From contig JAXMAB010000004.1 in assembly GCA_046350655.1 (NCBI GenBank), forward strand, positions 25,343 through 89,342: 64,000 bases of DNA. The letters run 5' to 3'. The stretch's first letter is position 1. Each line of letters starts with the position of its first letter. The position numbers and the translations under genes are program-made. The DNA is from Planctomycetota bacterium. GTDB taxonomy: Bacteria > Planctomycetota > PLA2 > JAEUHO01. Below the pieces are notes generated by a model, which worked only from the letters and a program-made list of their open reading frames with translations, had not been told where the DNA came from and did not search any database. Positions 19,406 through 29,547 of this stretch are shown piece after piece.

Positions 19406-20683
19406 ATGCGTTCCCTTGGCCGCGTCTTCATCGTCGTCGGGCTGGTCGCGGGCACGGGGTGCGGCGGCGGCGGGCCCGCGTCGGGACCGGCCACGCCGCC
19501 CCCGCCCCCGCCGCCGCCGCCCGTGCGCACGCGGATCCCGCCCGCGCCGGTGGCGTACGTCGCGGGCGCGGTCTCCGACGTGCCGCCGCCGGTGTTCGGC
19601 TCCGCGCCGTACACGCTCGTCGCGACCGCCCTCGGCGACCACGACGAGGACGGCAAGGTCGATCTCGCGTGGATCGCGGCCACGGCCTCGACGTCGACGA
19701 CCCACGAGACCGGCTCGCGGCCCGGGACGGGCGCCGGCGGCTTCACCGGCGACTTCGGCGGCAGCGGCGTGAGGGCGGCGGCGACCCCGTTCCTCGGGGT
19801 CGGCGCGGTCCTCGGCGCCGCGGAGGAAGGGTTCGTGTTCGCGGTGCAGGTGACCGCGACGTTCGTGAGCGTCTCGACGGTCGGCTACCGCGTCTCCGGC
19901 GCGAACCGCGCGGAGGTCGGCGGTGCCGGATCGTTCTCCGGCACCGTCGCGGGGATCGCCGCCGGCGACCTCGACGGCGACGGGATCGACGACGTCGTGG
20001 CGCTCGACGCCGCCGGCCGCCGCGTGATCGGGTACGTCTCGCAGGGCGAGGTCGGGCTCGACGCGGCCGTCCCGTCCGCGCTGCCCGCGGGTTCGGGCGC
20101 GACGCCCACCGCGCTCGCCGTGGGCCGCTTCCACGGAGCCACGGCGCCCGCCGACGTCGTCGTCGCGCTCGGCGCCGACGGGTACGTGCTCCTCGAGAGC
20201 GAGGGCGACGGCGGATTGGTCGCCGGCGACGTCGTGCCGCTCGGCGGCGGCCGGTCGTTCGAGGCCCTCGTCGCGGGCGACTTCGACGGCGACGGTCTCG
20301 TCGACGTCGCCGGCGCCCTCGCGACGCCCGGCGGCCCGCGCCGCGTCGGGACGTTGTTCGGCCGCGGCGACGGCAGCTTCGAGGCGCTCGTGCCCTCCGA
20401 CGTCGAGGCCGTGGTCGGCGCCGCCGCGTGGCGCGACCTCGTCGCCGCCGACGCGAACCGCGACGGTCGCAGCGACCTCCTGTTCGCGATCCCGTCGCTC
20501 GGTCGCGCCGTCGTGCTCCTCACCGACGCCGCCGGCGGCTTCGGGGCCGTCACCGACACGGACCTCGTCGGCCCTTCGTCCACCCTCTCCGTGCACGACC
20601 TCGACGGCGACGGCGAGCTCGACCTCGTGCTCGGCGGCGCCGCCGCGCTGAAGGTGCGCCCGCTCCTCGGCGCGCGCAACTGA
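19406..20683 (+). CDS. Lipoprotein with FG-GAP/VCBS-like repeats (DxDGDGxxD).
   Basis: ATG at 19406. Lipobox VAGTGC. Pro-rich linker. Repeated GDLDGDGIDDVV / GDFDGDGLVDV motifs. Confidence 0.6.
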   Translation: MRSLGRVFIVVGLVAGTGCGGGGPASGPATPPPPPPPPPVRTRIPPAPVAYVAGAVSDVPPPVFGSAPYTLVATALGDHDEDGKVDLAWIAATASTSTTHETGSRPGTGAGGFTGDFGGSGVRAAATPFLGVGAVLGAAEEGFVFAVQVTATFVSVSTVGYRVSGANRAEVGGAGSFSGTVAGIAAGDLDGDGIDDVVALDAAGRRVIGYVSQGEVGLDAAVPSALPAGSGATPTALAVGRFHGATAPADVVVALGADGYVLLESEGDGGLVAGDVVPLGGGRSFEALVAGDFDGDGLVDVAGALATPGGPRRVGTLFGRGDGSFEALVPSDVEAVVGAAAWRDLVAADANRDGRSDLLFAIPSLGRAVVLLTDAAGGFGAVTDTDLVGPSSTLSVHDLDGDGELDLVLGGAAALKVRPLLGARN

Positions 20684-20769
20684 CCCCTGCTCCCGGCCAT
20701 GGGCCCGGCCCGCGGCGGGTCCCGACGCCGAGCCCCTCGTCCCCCTGGAACCCCTGGAAGATCGACCCC

Positions 20770-21609
20770 ATGCCCACGCCCCCGAACCCCGCCCCGGCCG
20801 CCCCCGCCCCTTCTCTCGAGGCCGTGAAGGCTCGCCAGCAGCAGACCTGGTCGAGCGGCGACTTCGCCGTCATCGGCACGATGATCCACGCGTCCGCCGA
20901 GGCTCTCGTCACGGCCGCCGACCTCTCGGCCGGCTGGAGGGTCCTCGACGTCGCGACCGGCAGCGGCAACGCGGCGCTCGCCGCGGCGCGCTACGGGTGC
21001 GAGGTCGTCGGCCTCGACTACGTGCCGGCGCTGCTCGCCCGCGGGCGCGAGCGCGCGGCCGCCGAGCGGCTCGCCGTCACGTTCGTCGAGGGCGACGCCG
21101 AGCGCATGCCGTTCGACGACGCCTCGTTCGACGCGGTCCTCTCGATCTACGGCGTGATGTTCGCGCCCGACGCGCCGCGCGCGGCGCGGGAGCTCCTGAG
21201 GGTCGTGCGGCCCGGCGGGCGCATCGCGCTCGCGAACTGGACGCCGCAGGGCTTCGTCGGCGAGATGCTGCGCACGGTGAGCCGTCACGTCCCGCCGCCC
21301 GCGGGCGTGACGCCGCCGACCGCGTGGGGCACCGAGTCGCGCCTCCGCGAGCTGTTCGGCGACGGCCTCGCGTCGCTCGAGGTCCGCGAGCGCGAGTTCG
21401 TCTTCCGCTTCCGCTCCGCGGCCGAGTTCGTCGACGTCTTCCGCCGCTACTACGGCCCGACGCTGAAGGCGTTCCAGGCCGTCGGCGCCCCGGGCGAGGC
21501 CGCCCTCCACGCGGACCTGCTCGACCTCGCGCGTCGCTTCGACCGCAACGGCACGGGCCCCGTGGCGATGCCCGCGCAGTACCTCGAGGTGCTCGCGACC
21601 CGTCGTTGA
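20770..21609 (+). CDS. Class I SAM-dependent methyltransferase.
   Basis: ATG at 20770. Motif I VLDVATGSGNAA. Acidic loop and motif II as in the Methyltransf_11 family. Confidence 0.65.
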   Translation: MPTPPNPAPAAPAPSLEAVKARQQQTWSSGDFAVIGTMIHASAEALVTAADLSAGWRVLDVATGSGNAALAAARYGCEVVGLDYVPALLARGRERAAAERLAVTFVEGDAERMPFDDASFDAVLSIYGVMFAPDAPRAARELLRVVRPGGRIALANWTPQGFVGEMLRTVSRHVPPPAGVTPPTAWGTESRLRELFGDGLASLEVREREFVFRFRSAAEFVDVFRRYYGPTLKAFQAVGAPGEAALHADLLDLARRFDRNGTGPVAMPAQYLEVLATRR

Positions 21610-21735
21610 CCGCGAGGCCCGGTCGCCGATCGTCCGCCGGTGCGGGGGCGGCCCCGCGCCGGCCACCGGGCCTCGCGTCCCCGGGAGCACGACCGCGCCA
21701 CGACGCGTGGAGCGTGGACGGTGCGCCGCGGGCGG

Positions 21736-22479
21736 TCAGGCGGAGCGGACGGCCTCGACGAGCACGTAGACGGGGAAGTCGTGCATGCGCCGCGCGAGGC
21801 CACGGCCGTCGGCGGCGTCGGGCGCGACGAGGTCGTCGAGGCCGGTGACGACGAAGCCCGCGCCGACCGCCGCGTTGACCAGGTCGGGGAGCGGGGTGAA
21901 CCAGCTCTCGTGCCCGTCGCCCCACGCGAAGGTGCGGTCCGGGCGGCGGAGCCACGCGCCGTACGAGGCGACGCGCATCCCCTTCGGCGCGCGGGTGAGG
22001 CGTTCGCGCCAGGTGCGCTTCCACGAGCCGACGGGGTGCGCGTAGTACGCGTTGAGGTCCACGACGAGCAGCTTCCCGCCGGGGCGCAGCACGCGCGCGA
22101 GCTCCCCGTACGCGCGCCCGAGCGGACGGAGGTCGTGGAGCACGAGGCAGGCGAGCGCGACGTCGAAGGCGCGATCGGGGAGCGGCAGGGGCTGTTGGAG
22201 GTCGGCTTCGACGAACTCGACGCCCGGCACCGCGCGGCGGGCCTCGGCGAGCAACGCCGCGGAGCCGTCGAGGCCGACGACCCGGCGGGCCTGCGGGCGC
22301 ACGAGGCCCGCGAGCCAGCCCGTGCCCGTGCCGATCTCGACGACGTCGAGGTCGCGCGCGCCCGCGAGGCGGCGGAGCACCGCGTCGCCGATCACGGCGT
22401 GTTTGACGCGGCCGTCGTCGGAGACGCCGAACGAGTGGTACGCGCCGGCCCGTTCCGCATCCTGGTAGTCGTGGCGCAA
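21736..22479 (-). CDS. Class I SAM-dependent methyltransferase. Start uncertain: a TTG at 22479 is proposed.
   Basis: Motif VVEIGTGTGW. Stop at 21736. Convergent with the previous methyltransferase gene. Confidence 0.5.
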   Translation of the reverse strand: MRHDYQDAERAGAYHSFGVSDDGRVKHAVIGDAVLRRLAGARDLDVVEIGTGTGWLAGLVRPQARRVVGLDGSAALLAEARRAVPGVEFVEADLQQPLPLPDRAFDVALACLVLHDLRPLGRAYGELARVLRPGGKLLVVDLNAYYAHPVGSWKRTWRERLTRAPKGMRVASYGAWLRRPDRTFAWGDGHESWFTPLPDLVNAAVGAGFVVTGLDDLVAPDAADGRGLARRMHDFPVYVLVEAVRSA

Positions 22480-22613
22480 CGCGGGCTCCTCGGACGGAAT
22501 CGTACGCGTCGTCGCCGTGCGGAGGGAGAACGCTCCGCCGCACCTCCGGGCGACTCGGTGTCCGGGACGCGAGGCCCGCTCGCGAGCAGGGCCGGCGCCG
22601 AAGCGCGTCGGCG

Positions 22614-23078
22614 TCAGCCGAGGACGACGAGCGTGATCCCGCCGGCGAGCAGCGCGGCGCCGAGGAGCAGGAACACCACGCCGACGAAGCCGAAGCCGGA
22701 CGAACGGTCGAGCACGGCGCGCGTCGGGTCGGCGGGGTCGTAGAAGACGTCCACCTTCGCGCCGACGGGGAAGCGCGCGGCCAGCGCGTCGCACTCCCTG
22801 GCGTGGCGGAGCTTCGGGTCGCGCAGGCGGACGCGGGTGCCACGACGCGACGCGCCGGCCACGGCGTAGTCGTACGTCACGTTCACGCGGCCCATGGGGA
22901 CCACCTCGACGGCGTCGCCGGCGCCGACGACGTCGCGCCAGGCGACGTCGTACGCGACGATGGTCCCGTCCGTGCGCGGCCACGATCGCGCGGCGCGGCC
23001 GCCCAGGAGAGGGAGCAGGCCCGCGACGAGGAACGCGAGCCCGGAACCGCAGAAGGCGATCGACAGGACGGTGAGCAT
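22614..23078 (-). CDS. DUF3592-family membrane protein.
   Basis: Two TM segments (one N-terminal, one C-terminal) flanking a beta-rich middle region. Confidence 0.55.
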   Translation of the reverse strand: MLTVLSIAFCGSGLAFLVAGLLPLLGGRAARSWPRTDGTIVAYDVAWRDVVGAGDAVEVVPMGRVNVTYDYAVAGASRRGTRVRLRDPKLRHARECDALAARFPVGAKVDVFYDPADPTRAVLDRSSGFGFVGVVFLLLGAALLAGGITLVVLG

Positions 23079-23148
23079 GGGCGGGGAGTCTACCGGAGCC
23101 GTTTCCTGCGATGCGAGGGGCCGCCCGGGACCGTGCGCCGCGTACGCG

Positions 23149-24117
23149 CTACTTCGTGAGCTCGACGCGGCGGATCGTGTCCTCGTAGGCGGCGCGGCGG
23201 GACTGGCCCTTCTCGGTGACGGCCTCGACGAAGCAGGACTGCAGGTCCGCGGGGTTGACGATCCGCGTGAAGGGGATCGCGAACGGGCTGCCCGTCGGCG
23301 AGGGCTCGACCTCGACCCAGCCGAGGTCGGGGAGGTGGACCTCGGCCCAGACGTGGCGGTTGGGGTCGTCGTGGCCGTCGAGGAGGCCGGTCGCGTTGTC
23401 GAGCGAGTGGCCGACGACCTTCCGCGCGGGGAGGCCCGCCGCCTGGCAGAGCCCGAGGAAGATCGTCGCGCGGTGGCCGCAGTGGCCGGCGCCGCCCGCG
23501 AGGATCGCGTCGATGTCGTCGAGGCGGTACGCGACGTTGCCGCGGTGGGTGACGTGCGCGCGGATCCACTGCGCGAACGCCTCGATCGTGCCGACGACGT
23601 CCTTCGACTTCTTGCGGAGGTCGCGGAAGACCTCGAGCAGCTTCGGCGTCGGCGTCGGGAGCGCGGGCTGGCCCTTCATGGCCTCGGCCGCGTCCGCCTC
23701 GACGTCCTTCCACCGGATCGTGAGGCCCGCGGTGTCGAGGTCGCGGTCGGCCGACGGGAGGTCGAACGTGGTCACGAAGTCGAGGACGCCGGGCGCCGGG
23801 CCGCGCACGTCCCACTTCCAGGCGACGCCGCCCTCGGCGTGGGTCGCGATCTCCTCGGCGCCCTTCGGGGCGAAGGTGGCGTTCGTGACCGCGAACGGGT
23901 CCGCGAGGCCCGGCCACGTCCGGGCGCGCGGCTTCGCCTGCCACACCTGCAGGCGGGCGGTGCCCGCCTCGACCGTGACCTTGGTCGAGTGCGTGACGCG
24001 CAGGCGGTGGACCTTGCCGACCCGGACGCGGGACTTGCCGTCGGCGCCGGTCGCGGCGCCGGCGCCGGCCAGGAGAGCCATCGCGAGCACGACGAGCCTC
24101 GTCAGCGTTCGCCGCAT
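23149..24117 (-). CDS. Secreted transglutaminase-like (Cys-protease core) superfamily protein.
   Basis: Signal MRRTLTRLVVLAMALLAGAGAA. Motifs GHCGHRATIF and VWAEVHLP (Cys/His/Asp-like core). Confidence 0.65.
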   Translation of the reverse strand: MRRTLTRLVVLAMALLAGAGAATGADGKSRVRVGKVHRLRVTHSTKVTVEAGTARLQVWQAKPRARTWPGLADPFAVTNATFAPKGAEEIATHAEGGVAWKWDVRGPAPGVLDFVTTFDLPSADRDLDTAGLTIRWKDVEADAAEAMKGQPALPTPTPKLLEVFRDLRKKSKDVVGTIEAFAQWIRAHVTHRGNVAYRLDDIDAILAGGAGHCGHRATIFLGLCQAAGLPARKVVGHSLDNATGLLDGHDDPNRHVWAEVHLPDLGWVEVEPSPTGSPFAIPFTRIVNPADLQSCFVEAVTEKGQSRRAAYEDTIRRVELTK

Positions 24118-24197
24118 GTCGCCGACCTCCGGAGGCGCCCAGCCCGAGGGGCCTCCGGAGGCATCCTACCGGCGCGCGCCGTCGGCGGCGCCGGCCG

Positions 24198-24398
24198 TCA
24201 TTTCGAGTCGATCTCGATCGACTCCTTCCGGCCGCTGTTGGCGACCGCGATCATCAGCCCGATCCCGAGCGCGACGAGGACGATGATCCACCGCCACGTC
24301 GGGTCGATCTGGTCCCAGAGACCCCACTTCCAGAGCGCGAGGCCGACGCCGGCCATGACGAGGGCGAAGCCGAGGAGATAGACGCTCATCCACTTCAT
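24198..24398 (-). CDS. Small two-TM membrane protein (66 aa). Hypothetical.
   Basis: Hydrophobic. Trp-rich. Non-junk composition. Confidence 0.4.
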   Translation of the reverse strand: MKWMSVYLLGFALVMAGVGLALWKWGLWDQIDPTWRWIIVLVALGIGLMIAVANSGRKESIEIDSK

Positions 24399-24541
24399 CG
24401 CGGGTCTCCGGGCCGGCGGCGGCGGGCGCCGGGGCTGTCGGTTGGATGCCGGCGGGACGATCGAGGTCGGATCGGGGACCGCGGGCGAGCCCTTTCGCCG
24501 TTTGCGGCATCCAAAGGGACGCCCCTGTTCGAGGAGTCCCC

Positions 24542-24811
24542 ATGACGGTGCTCGAGATCGTGATCTTCCTGCTGGTCGGCGCGATCTGCGCCGGTATCGC
24601 GCAGTCGATCCTGGGGATCCGGACCGGCCTCTTGGGTTCGATCGTGATCGGCTGGCTGGGGGCGTTCGTCGGTACGTGGATCGCGCGACAGACCGGCATG
24701 CCGGAGCTCTACGTCCTGCGCGTCGGTGAGGCCGCGATCCCGATCATCTGGACGATCGTCGGGTCGTTCGTGCTGGTGGCGATCGTCGGGTTGCTGCGAC
24801 GGGCGCCCTGA
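24542..24811 (+). CDS. GlsB/YeaQ/YmgE-family (transglycosylase-associated) stress membrane protein.
   Basis: ATG at 24542 (MTVLEIVIFLLVGAICAGIAQSILG...). Characteristic small 3-TM Gly-rich pattern. Confidence 0.6.
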   Translation: MTVLEIVIFLLVGAICAGIAQSILGIRTGLLGSIVIGWLGAFVGTWIARQTGMPELYVLRVGEAAIPIIWTIVGSFVLVAIVGLLRRAP

Positions 24812-24865
24812 CGGGGCAAGGGCCCGGCGCCGGGGCCGACGGCCTGCCGCGTCGAGGGGTAGGCG

Positions 24866-26914
24866 CTACTTCCCTTCGACGTGTCGCTTGCGACGCGCCT
24901 CGGCCGCGAGGTCGAGCTCGCGGGTGGCGGAGTTGACGGGCGGGACGTCGGGCAGGACCCGCTTCGCCTCGCCCTCCCACCAGCGGATCCATCGCGCCTT
25001 GTCGCGCGCGAACGTCCTGCCGGTGAGCTCCGCGAGCGCGCGCTCGGCGCCGTCGCCAACCGAGTTCCAGGCGGTGAACGTCCACCGCGTGTCATCGCCG
25101 AGCAGGCCGATCAGCAGGTCCACGCACCGCGGGTCGCGGAGACCGGAGAGGTAGGCGACGGGGGGGCGAGGTCCCTCGAACGCGGCGCGCAGCGTGTCCC
25201 ATCCGCGCTCGTCGCCGAGCGCGGCCATGGCGGCCGCGGCCGCGAAGCGTTCGTTCCCGTCCGGCTTCGTGCGCAGCGCGTCGAGGTCGGGAAGGGCGTC
25301 CTTGCCCATCCAGGTCGCGAGGATCCAGGCCGCGGGCCCCGCGATCCGCGAGGTGGGCCTCGCCGCGAGGCGGAACTCCGGAAGGGCCTCGCGGACCTCG
25401 TGGTCGAACAGCAACTGCATCAGGTCGGCCCCGAGGCTCCAGTCGAACGCGTCGGTCTCGACGCGGGTGCGGAGCGCCGCGCGCAGGGCGGGGACGAGCG
25501 CCGGATCCCACGCCTGGCTCGCGACGTGGGTGGCCCAGGCCACCTCGAGGTCCGATCCCGCCGCGAGCGCCTCGCGAACGAGGTCGATCGGCTCGTACGG
25601 GATCCGGCGGACCGCGCCGTCCGCGGTCGGCGTCGGTGTGGGTTCGACGACGTGTTCGTAGATCGCGCCGGGCCCGTCGTAGAGGAGGCGGTCGCCGCCG
25701 GGCATCCAGACGAGCTGTGAGGGCGGGTCGTCCGGCGAGGGGAGCGCGAGGTCGTGCGTGCGGCCGGTGCCGAGGTCGAGGACCCGGACGACCGGCTTCG
25801 GCACGCGGCCGCGTTCGTCCCTCTCGCCCGTCAGGAACGCGAGCCGACGGCCCGCGGGGTCGATGTAGGGCGTGTCCTTGAGCGTCGCGTCGTCGGTGAC
25901 CCGTGCGACGTCGGAGCCGTCGGCGTTCGTCACGAACAACTCGGAGCGGGCGCCTCCCCGCTCGAGCGCGAAGGCCCCGCGCGTCCCGTCGGCGCTCCAC
26001 GTCGAGCGCCGCCAGCCGGTGACGTCGACGCTCGTCGCGAGCACGCGCGCGGTGCCGTCAAGGTCGAGGAGGCCCGTCCGCTGCCAGTAGTACGGCCGCC
26101 CGTACTGGTGGAGGCGCAGCGTGAAGCGCAGCCGCTGACCGTCGGGTGTCCACTCGAAGACGCCCTTCTGCAGGTTCATCCCACCGGCCTCCCACGCGAG
26201 GCGCTGCCCGTCGGGCGGGTTCCGGAGGACGAGGGGTTTCGGCGCGTGGCCCGCCTCCAGGAGATAGACGACGGCCTCGACGCTCCGGTACGCGTCGTCG
26301 CGGACGGGGCCGTCGGCGATGCACACGGCCCGCGTGCCGTCGGGCGACCACGCGAGCGACGTGGGGATCGCGCCCTTCGGGAGCTCGAGCGACGCGGTCC
26401 GGGCCGCGCCGGTCGTTGCGTCGACGAGCGAGCCGTCGTCGAGGAGCAGCGTCTGCTCGTCGGTCCACGTCACCGGCAGCCGCATCCGGTCGGTGTGGAT
26501 GGCCCCGTCGGCGCTCTCGGGCGTCCAGCCGGGGAGGCGGCGTTCGGTGCCCCGCGCGAGGTCGCGCAGCCACACTTCGGGCACGGCGTCGAGCGACTGG
26601 CCGGGGCGGTGGGGGCCCACGAAGTGCGTCGTGCCGGCGGGGAGGTCGGTCCAGCGGACGAACGACATCGTCGCGCCGCTCGGCGAGAGCCGCGGCCGCG
26701 AGCCCGGCGTCACGATCGAGCAGCCCGGGGGCAGCGGCGGGGGCGCAGGGGCTGCGGGCACCGGCGGCGCGGCGACGGGCGCGACGGGCACGGCGGGCGG
26801 ACGAGCCGCCGACGGCACGCAGCCGTTTCGCGGCGCACACGTGCAGCCCGTGAGCGCGAGCGCGGCGCCGGCGAGGAACACGAGGTTCCACGGTCGGGGC
26901 GAGCGCAGCTGCAT
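24866..26914 (-). CDS. Lipoprotein with TolB/WD40-like beta-propeller repeats and a C-terminal HEAT-like region (682 aa).
   Basis: ATG at 26914..26912. Lipobox LALTGC. Repeated 'DG.. WSPDGTR' propeller motifs. Confidence 0.6.
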   Translation of the reverse strand: MQLRSPRPWNLVFLAGAALALTGCTCAPRNGCVPSAARPPAVPVAPVAAPPVPAAPAPPPLPPGCSIVTPGSRPRLSPSGATMSFVRWTDLPAGTTHFVGPHRPGQSLDAVPEVWLRDLARGTERRLPGWTPESADGAIHTDRMRLPVTWTDEQTLLLDDGSLVDATTGAARTASLELPKGAIPTSLAWSPDGTRAVCIADGPVRDDAYRSVEAVVYLLEAGHAPKPLVLRNPPDGQRLAWEAGGMNLQKGVFEWTPDGQRLRFTLRLHQYGRPYYWQRTGLLDLDGTARVLATSVDVTGWRRSTWSADGTRGAFALERGGARSELFVTNADGSDVARVTDDATLKDTPYIDPAGRRLAFLTGERDERGRVPKPVVRVLDLGTGRTHDLALPSPDDPPSQLVWMPGGDRLLYDGPGAIYEHVVEPTPTPTADGAVRRIPYEPIDLVREALAAGSDLEVAWATHVASQAWDPALVPALRAALRTRVETDAFDWSLGADLMQLLFDHEVREALPEFRLAARPTSRIAGPAAWILATWMGKDALPDLDALRTKPDGNERFAAAAAMAALGDERGWDTLRAAFEGPRPPVAYLSGLRDPRCVDLLIGLLGDDTRWTFTAWNSVGDGAERALAELTGRTFARDKARWIRWWEGEAKRVLPDVPPVNSATRELDLAAEARRKRHVEGK

Positions 26915-26958
26915 CGTGCGAAGGTACCACCCGCGCGGGAGGTCGGGCGGCGGGCCGG

Positions 26959-27936
26959 TCACCACGACACGAAGTAGAAGAGGAACCGTCCGTCCGGGCC
27001 GACGTAGAGGTGCGCGTGTTCGCCGGCCGCGGCGAAGTGGATCCGGAAGCCGTAGGGCCCGAGGTCGTCCACCGTCAGGGGATCGACCCGCACGCGCGCG
27101 TAGGGCGTGCCGTCGCCGTGGGTGATCCGGCGGCACCACACCGTGTCCGTGCCACGCCGGACGGCGAGGATCGCGACGCCCGCCCCGTCCTGCCCGAGCT
27201 TCCACGCCTCGATGCGCAGTTCGCCCCGCAATTGCTGGGAGACCGGCGGCGCCTCGGCCGGCGCCTCACAGGACACGCCGACGAACGGTCCGTCGTCCAT
27301 CGTGAGGCTCATCGCGGCGTAGCGGTCCACCGAGCCGAGCTCGTCCCGGAACCACGTGGTCAGCCGGCGAAGCGCCGCCCCGCGGTCGGCCGCGCTGCCG
27401 TCGAAGGCGACGTCGGGGGCGCCGAGCTCGGTGTGGAGGAACTTGCCCACCTCGCGGGCCAGAGCGACGTCGTCGTCGGACCATGATGCTCGGTCCCAGA
27501 GCGGCTCGAGCATCGCGACGAAGCTCGGCAGCATCCCGTACATCGCGCGTCGGTCGATCGGCATCGCAGGGCCGAGCTCCGCGGGCTGCTGCGGTCGCTC
27601 GGACACGAGACCCTGCGCGGACTCGCGGTCCAGCACCTCCTTCCTCCGAGTCCGGTCCTCGGGGAACCGGCGCAGCATGTCGAGGAAGCGTTTCGAGTCC
27701 TTCGGGTCCGCGCCGAAGAGCTCCCACCAGCCGCCGGACCGGAACGCACCGAGGTCTGGGAACCGGTCCCCTGGGAGCACGATGCCGGTGCCGCCGTCGG
27801 GCGGTGGGGTCGCCGTCCCGGCGGACACGGGCACGACGGGCGCCGGCGTTACCGGCGGGCGCGGCGGCGTCGCCTCGCCGCAGCCGATCAGGAGCGCGAG
27901 GGCCAGGATCCCGCCGACGGTGGACACGTTTCCCAT
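26959..27936 (-). CDS. Lipoprotein. Hypothetical.
   Basis: ATG at 27936..27934 (MGNVSTVGGILALALLIGCGE). 44 bp upstream of the previous gene, so likely an operon. Confidence 0.55.
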   Translation of the reverse strand: MGNVSTVGGILALALLIGCGEATPPRPPVTPAPVVPVSAGTATPPPDGGTGIVLPGDRFPDLGAFRSGGWWELFGADPKDSKRFLDMLRRFPEDRTRRKEVLDRESAQGLVSERPQQPAELGPAMPIDRRAMYGMLPSFVAMLEPLWDRASWSDDDVALAREVGKFLHTELGAPDVAFDGSAADRGAALRRLTTWFRDELGSVDRYAAMSLTMDDGPFVGVSCEAPAEAPPVSQQLRGELRIEAWKLGQDGAGVAILAVRRGTDTVWCRRITHGDGTPYARVRVDPLTVDDLGPYGFRIHFAAAGEHAHLYVGPDGRFLFYFVSW

Positions 27937-28110
27937 GGCGGCACGGTACCCGACCGGCCGCCGTGTCGGCGGGCCGCCTCCGGGGCACGGTCGTCGGTGC
28001 GGACGGCCGTCGGCCGGGTTCGAGCGACCCCTGGTCGCGAGCGTCCGCCCACCGGGGGGGCGCTTTGCGCGCAGGTTCCGCCCGCGGCGACCGACCTTAC
28101 AGGGGAGTCC

Positions 28111-29379
28111 ATGCACGGCGACACCCCGCTCGCTCCGACCCCCGAGTTCGACGCCCGCATCCTGCGGGGGCGGGAACTCGCCGATCGGGGCGAGTTCCAC
28201 GCCGCCGAGGGGGTCTTCCGGACGCTCCTGACGGAGGCGCGCGGGCGCCACCTCGGCAATCACGCCCGCGCCCTCTCGATGCTGACGACGCTCTACGGCC
28301 GCGCGGGCCGGTACCTCGAGGCGCACACGCTCGGGGTCCATCTGGTATCACTCGCGCGGTCCGCGGGCCCCGCCGCGGGCCGCACGCTGGCGTTCGCGCT
28401 CGCCCGCGTCTGCGGCGCGTTGAGTCAGCTGCGGATGGCGGACGCCCTCGACGAGTCGCTCCGCGAGCTCCGGCAGGTGCTCGACGCGCAGCCGATCGTG
28501 CTCGACAACCTCGAGCTCGAGTACCACGTGGCCTCGGGCGACCATGCGACGCTCCTCGGCGACGTCCCCCGCGCGCGCGCGCACGTGGAGGCCTACCGCC
28601 GGATCCTTGCGACCGTGAACGCCCCGGACACGGTGTACCGCTGGGCGCTCACGATGGCCGAGGCCCGCGTGCTCCTGCTCGAAGGCCGCGCGACGGAGGC
28701 CCGCGCGCAGGTGGCCCGGCTCGGCGCGGACGTCCCGTCGCCCGAGTTCGGCCGGCTCCACGCGCTCGTGCTCGAGGTCGAGATCGGCGTCGCGCTCGGC
28801 GAGTCCGAGCGGGCGCTTCACGCCGGCCGCGAGGCGCTCGACCGGATGGCCGACGTCGATCGTGCATCCTTCCTCTCGGCCGACTACGTGCATCAAGGAG
28901 GGCGCCTGGCGAGCGCGTTCGAGCGACTCGGCGCGATCCACTTCGCGCACGAGGCGTACGACCGGATGGCCGCAGCGGTCCTCGTGAGCCTGGAGCAGGT
29001 GGACGAGTGCGCGCGCTGGCTCCCCGAGCTCGCGCCGGCGATCGGCGACGACGCCGCGCCGCTCTCCCGCGCGCGCAAGCAGTTCCTCCGGGAGCAGAAG
29101 ACGCTCCTCGGCCGCGTGGCGCACCTCCTCGAGAGTCACGGCGGGTCGCGGGTCCGCGCGCTCCTCGTGCATCCCGAGAAGGCGGGGCTGGTGGCGATCT
29201 GCGCCTGGTGCGAGCGGGTCCGGACGGCGGAGGAGGTCTGGCTCCCGATCGGTCACTTCGTGCCGCGCTCGGGCCCGTTCGAGGTGACCCACGGGATGTG
29301 CCCGCCGTGCGCCGCCGACTTCCAGAGCGACGCCGCCGACGCGGCGCCGTCCTCCCGTCGCCGGCCCGTGCCGTCGTAG
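28111..29379 (+). CDS. TPR-like helical repeat protein with C-terminal Cys motif (CAWCERV...HGMCPPC). Possible regulator.
   Basis: ATG at 28111. The listed ORF's N-terminus is junk-like before this Met. Confidence 0.5.
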   Translation: MHGDTPLAPTPEFDARILRGRELADRGEFHAAEGVFRTLLTEARGRHLGNHARALSMLTTLYGRAGRYLEAHTLGVHLVSLARSAGPAAGRTLAFALARVCGALSQLRMADALDESLRELRQVLDAQPIVLDNLELEYHVASGDHATLLGDVPRARAHVEAYRRILATVNAPDTVYRWALTMAEARVLLLEGRATEARAQVARLGADVPSPEFGRLHALVLEVEIGVALGESERALHAGREALDRMADVDRASFLSADYVHQGGRLASAFERLGAIHFAHEAYDRMAAAVLVSLEQVDECARWLPELAPAIGDDAAPLSRARKQFLREQKTLLGRVAHLLESHGGSRVRALLVHPEKAGLVAICAWCERVRTAEEVWLPIGHFVPRSGPFEVTHGMCPPCAADFQSDAADAAPSSRRRPVPS

Positions 29380-29547
29380 CCGCGGGGCCGCGGGGTCCAC
29401 GGCACGTCTCGCCCCCGCAAAGGTCCCGTACGGACGGGAGGTTCGCCGGTCGCGGCGGCGGGCCCGCGGGACGGCAAGGGGGGCCTTCCCAGAGCGAGCG
29501 ACGGGTGCGCTACGATGCGTCGCCGCATGTCCCCCGGGGGAGCCTCC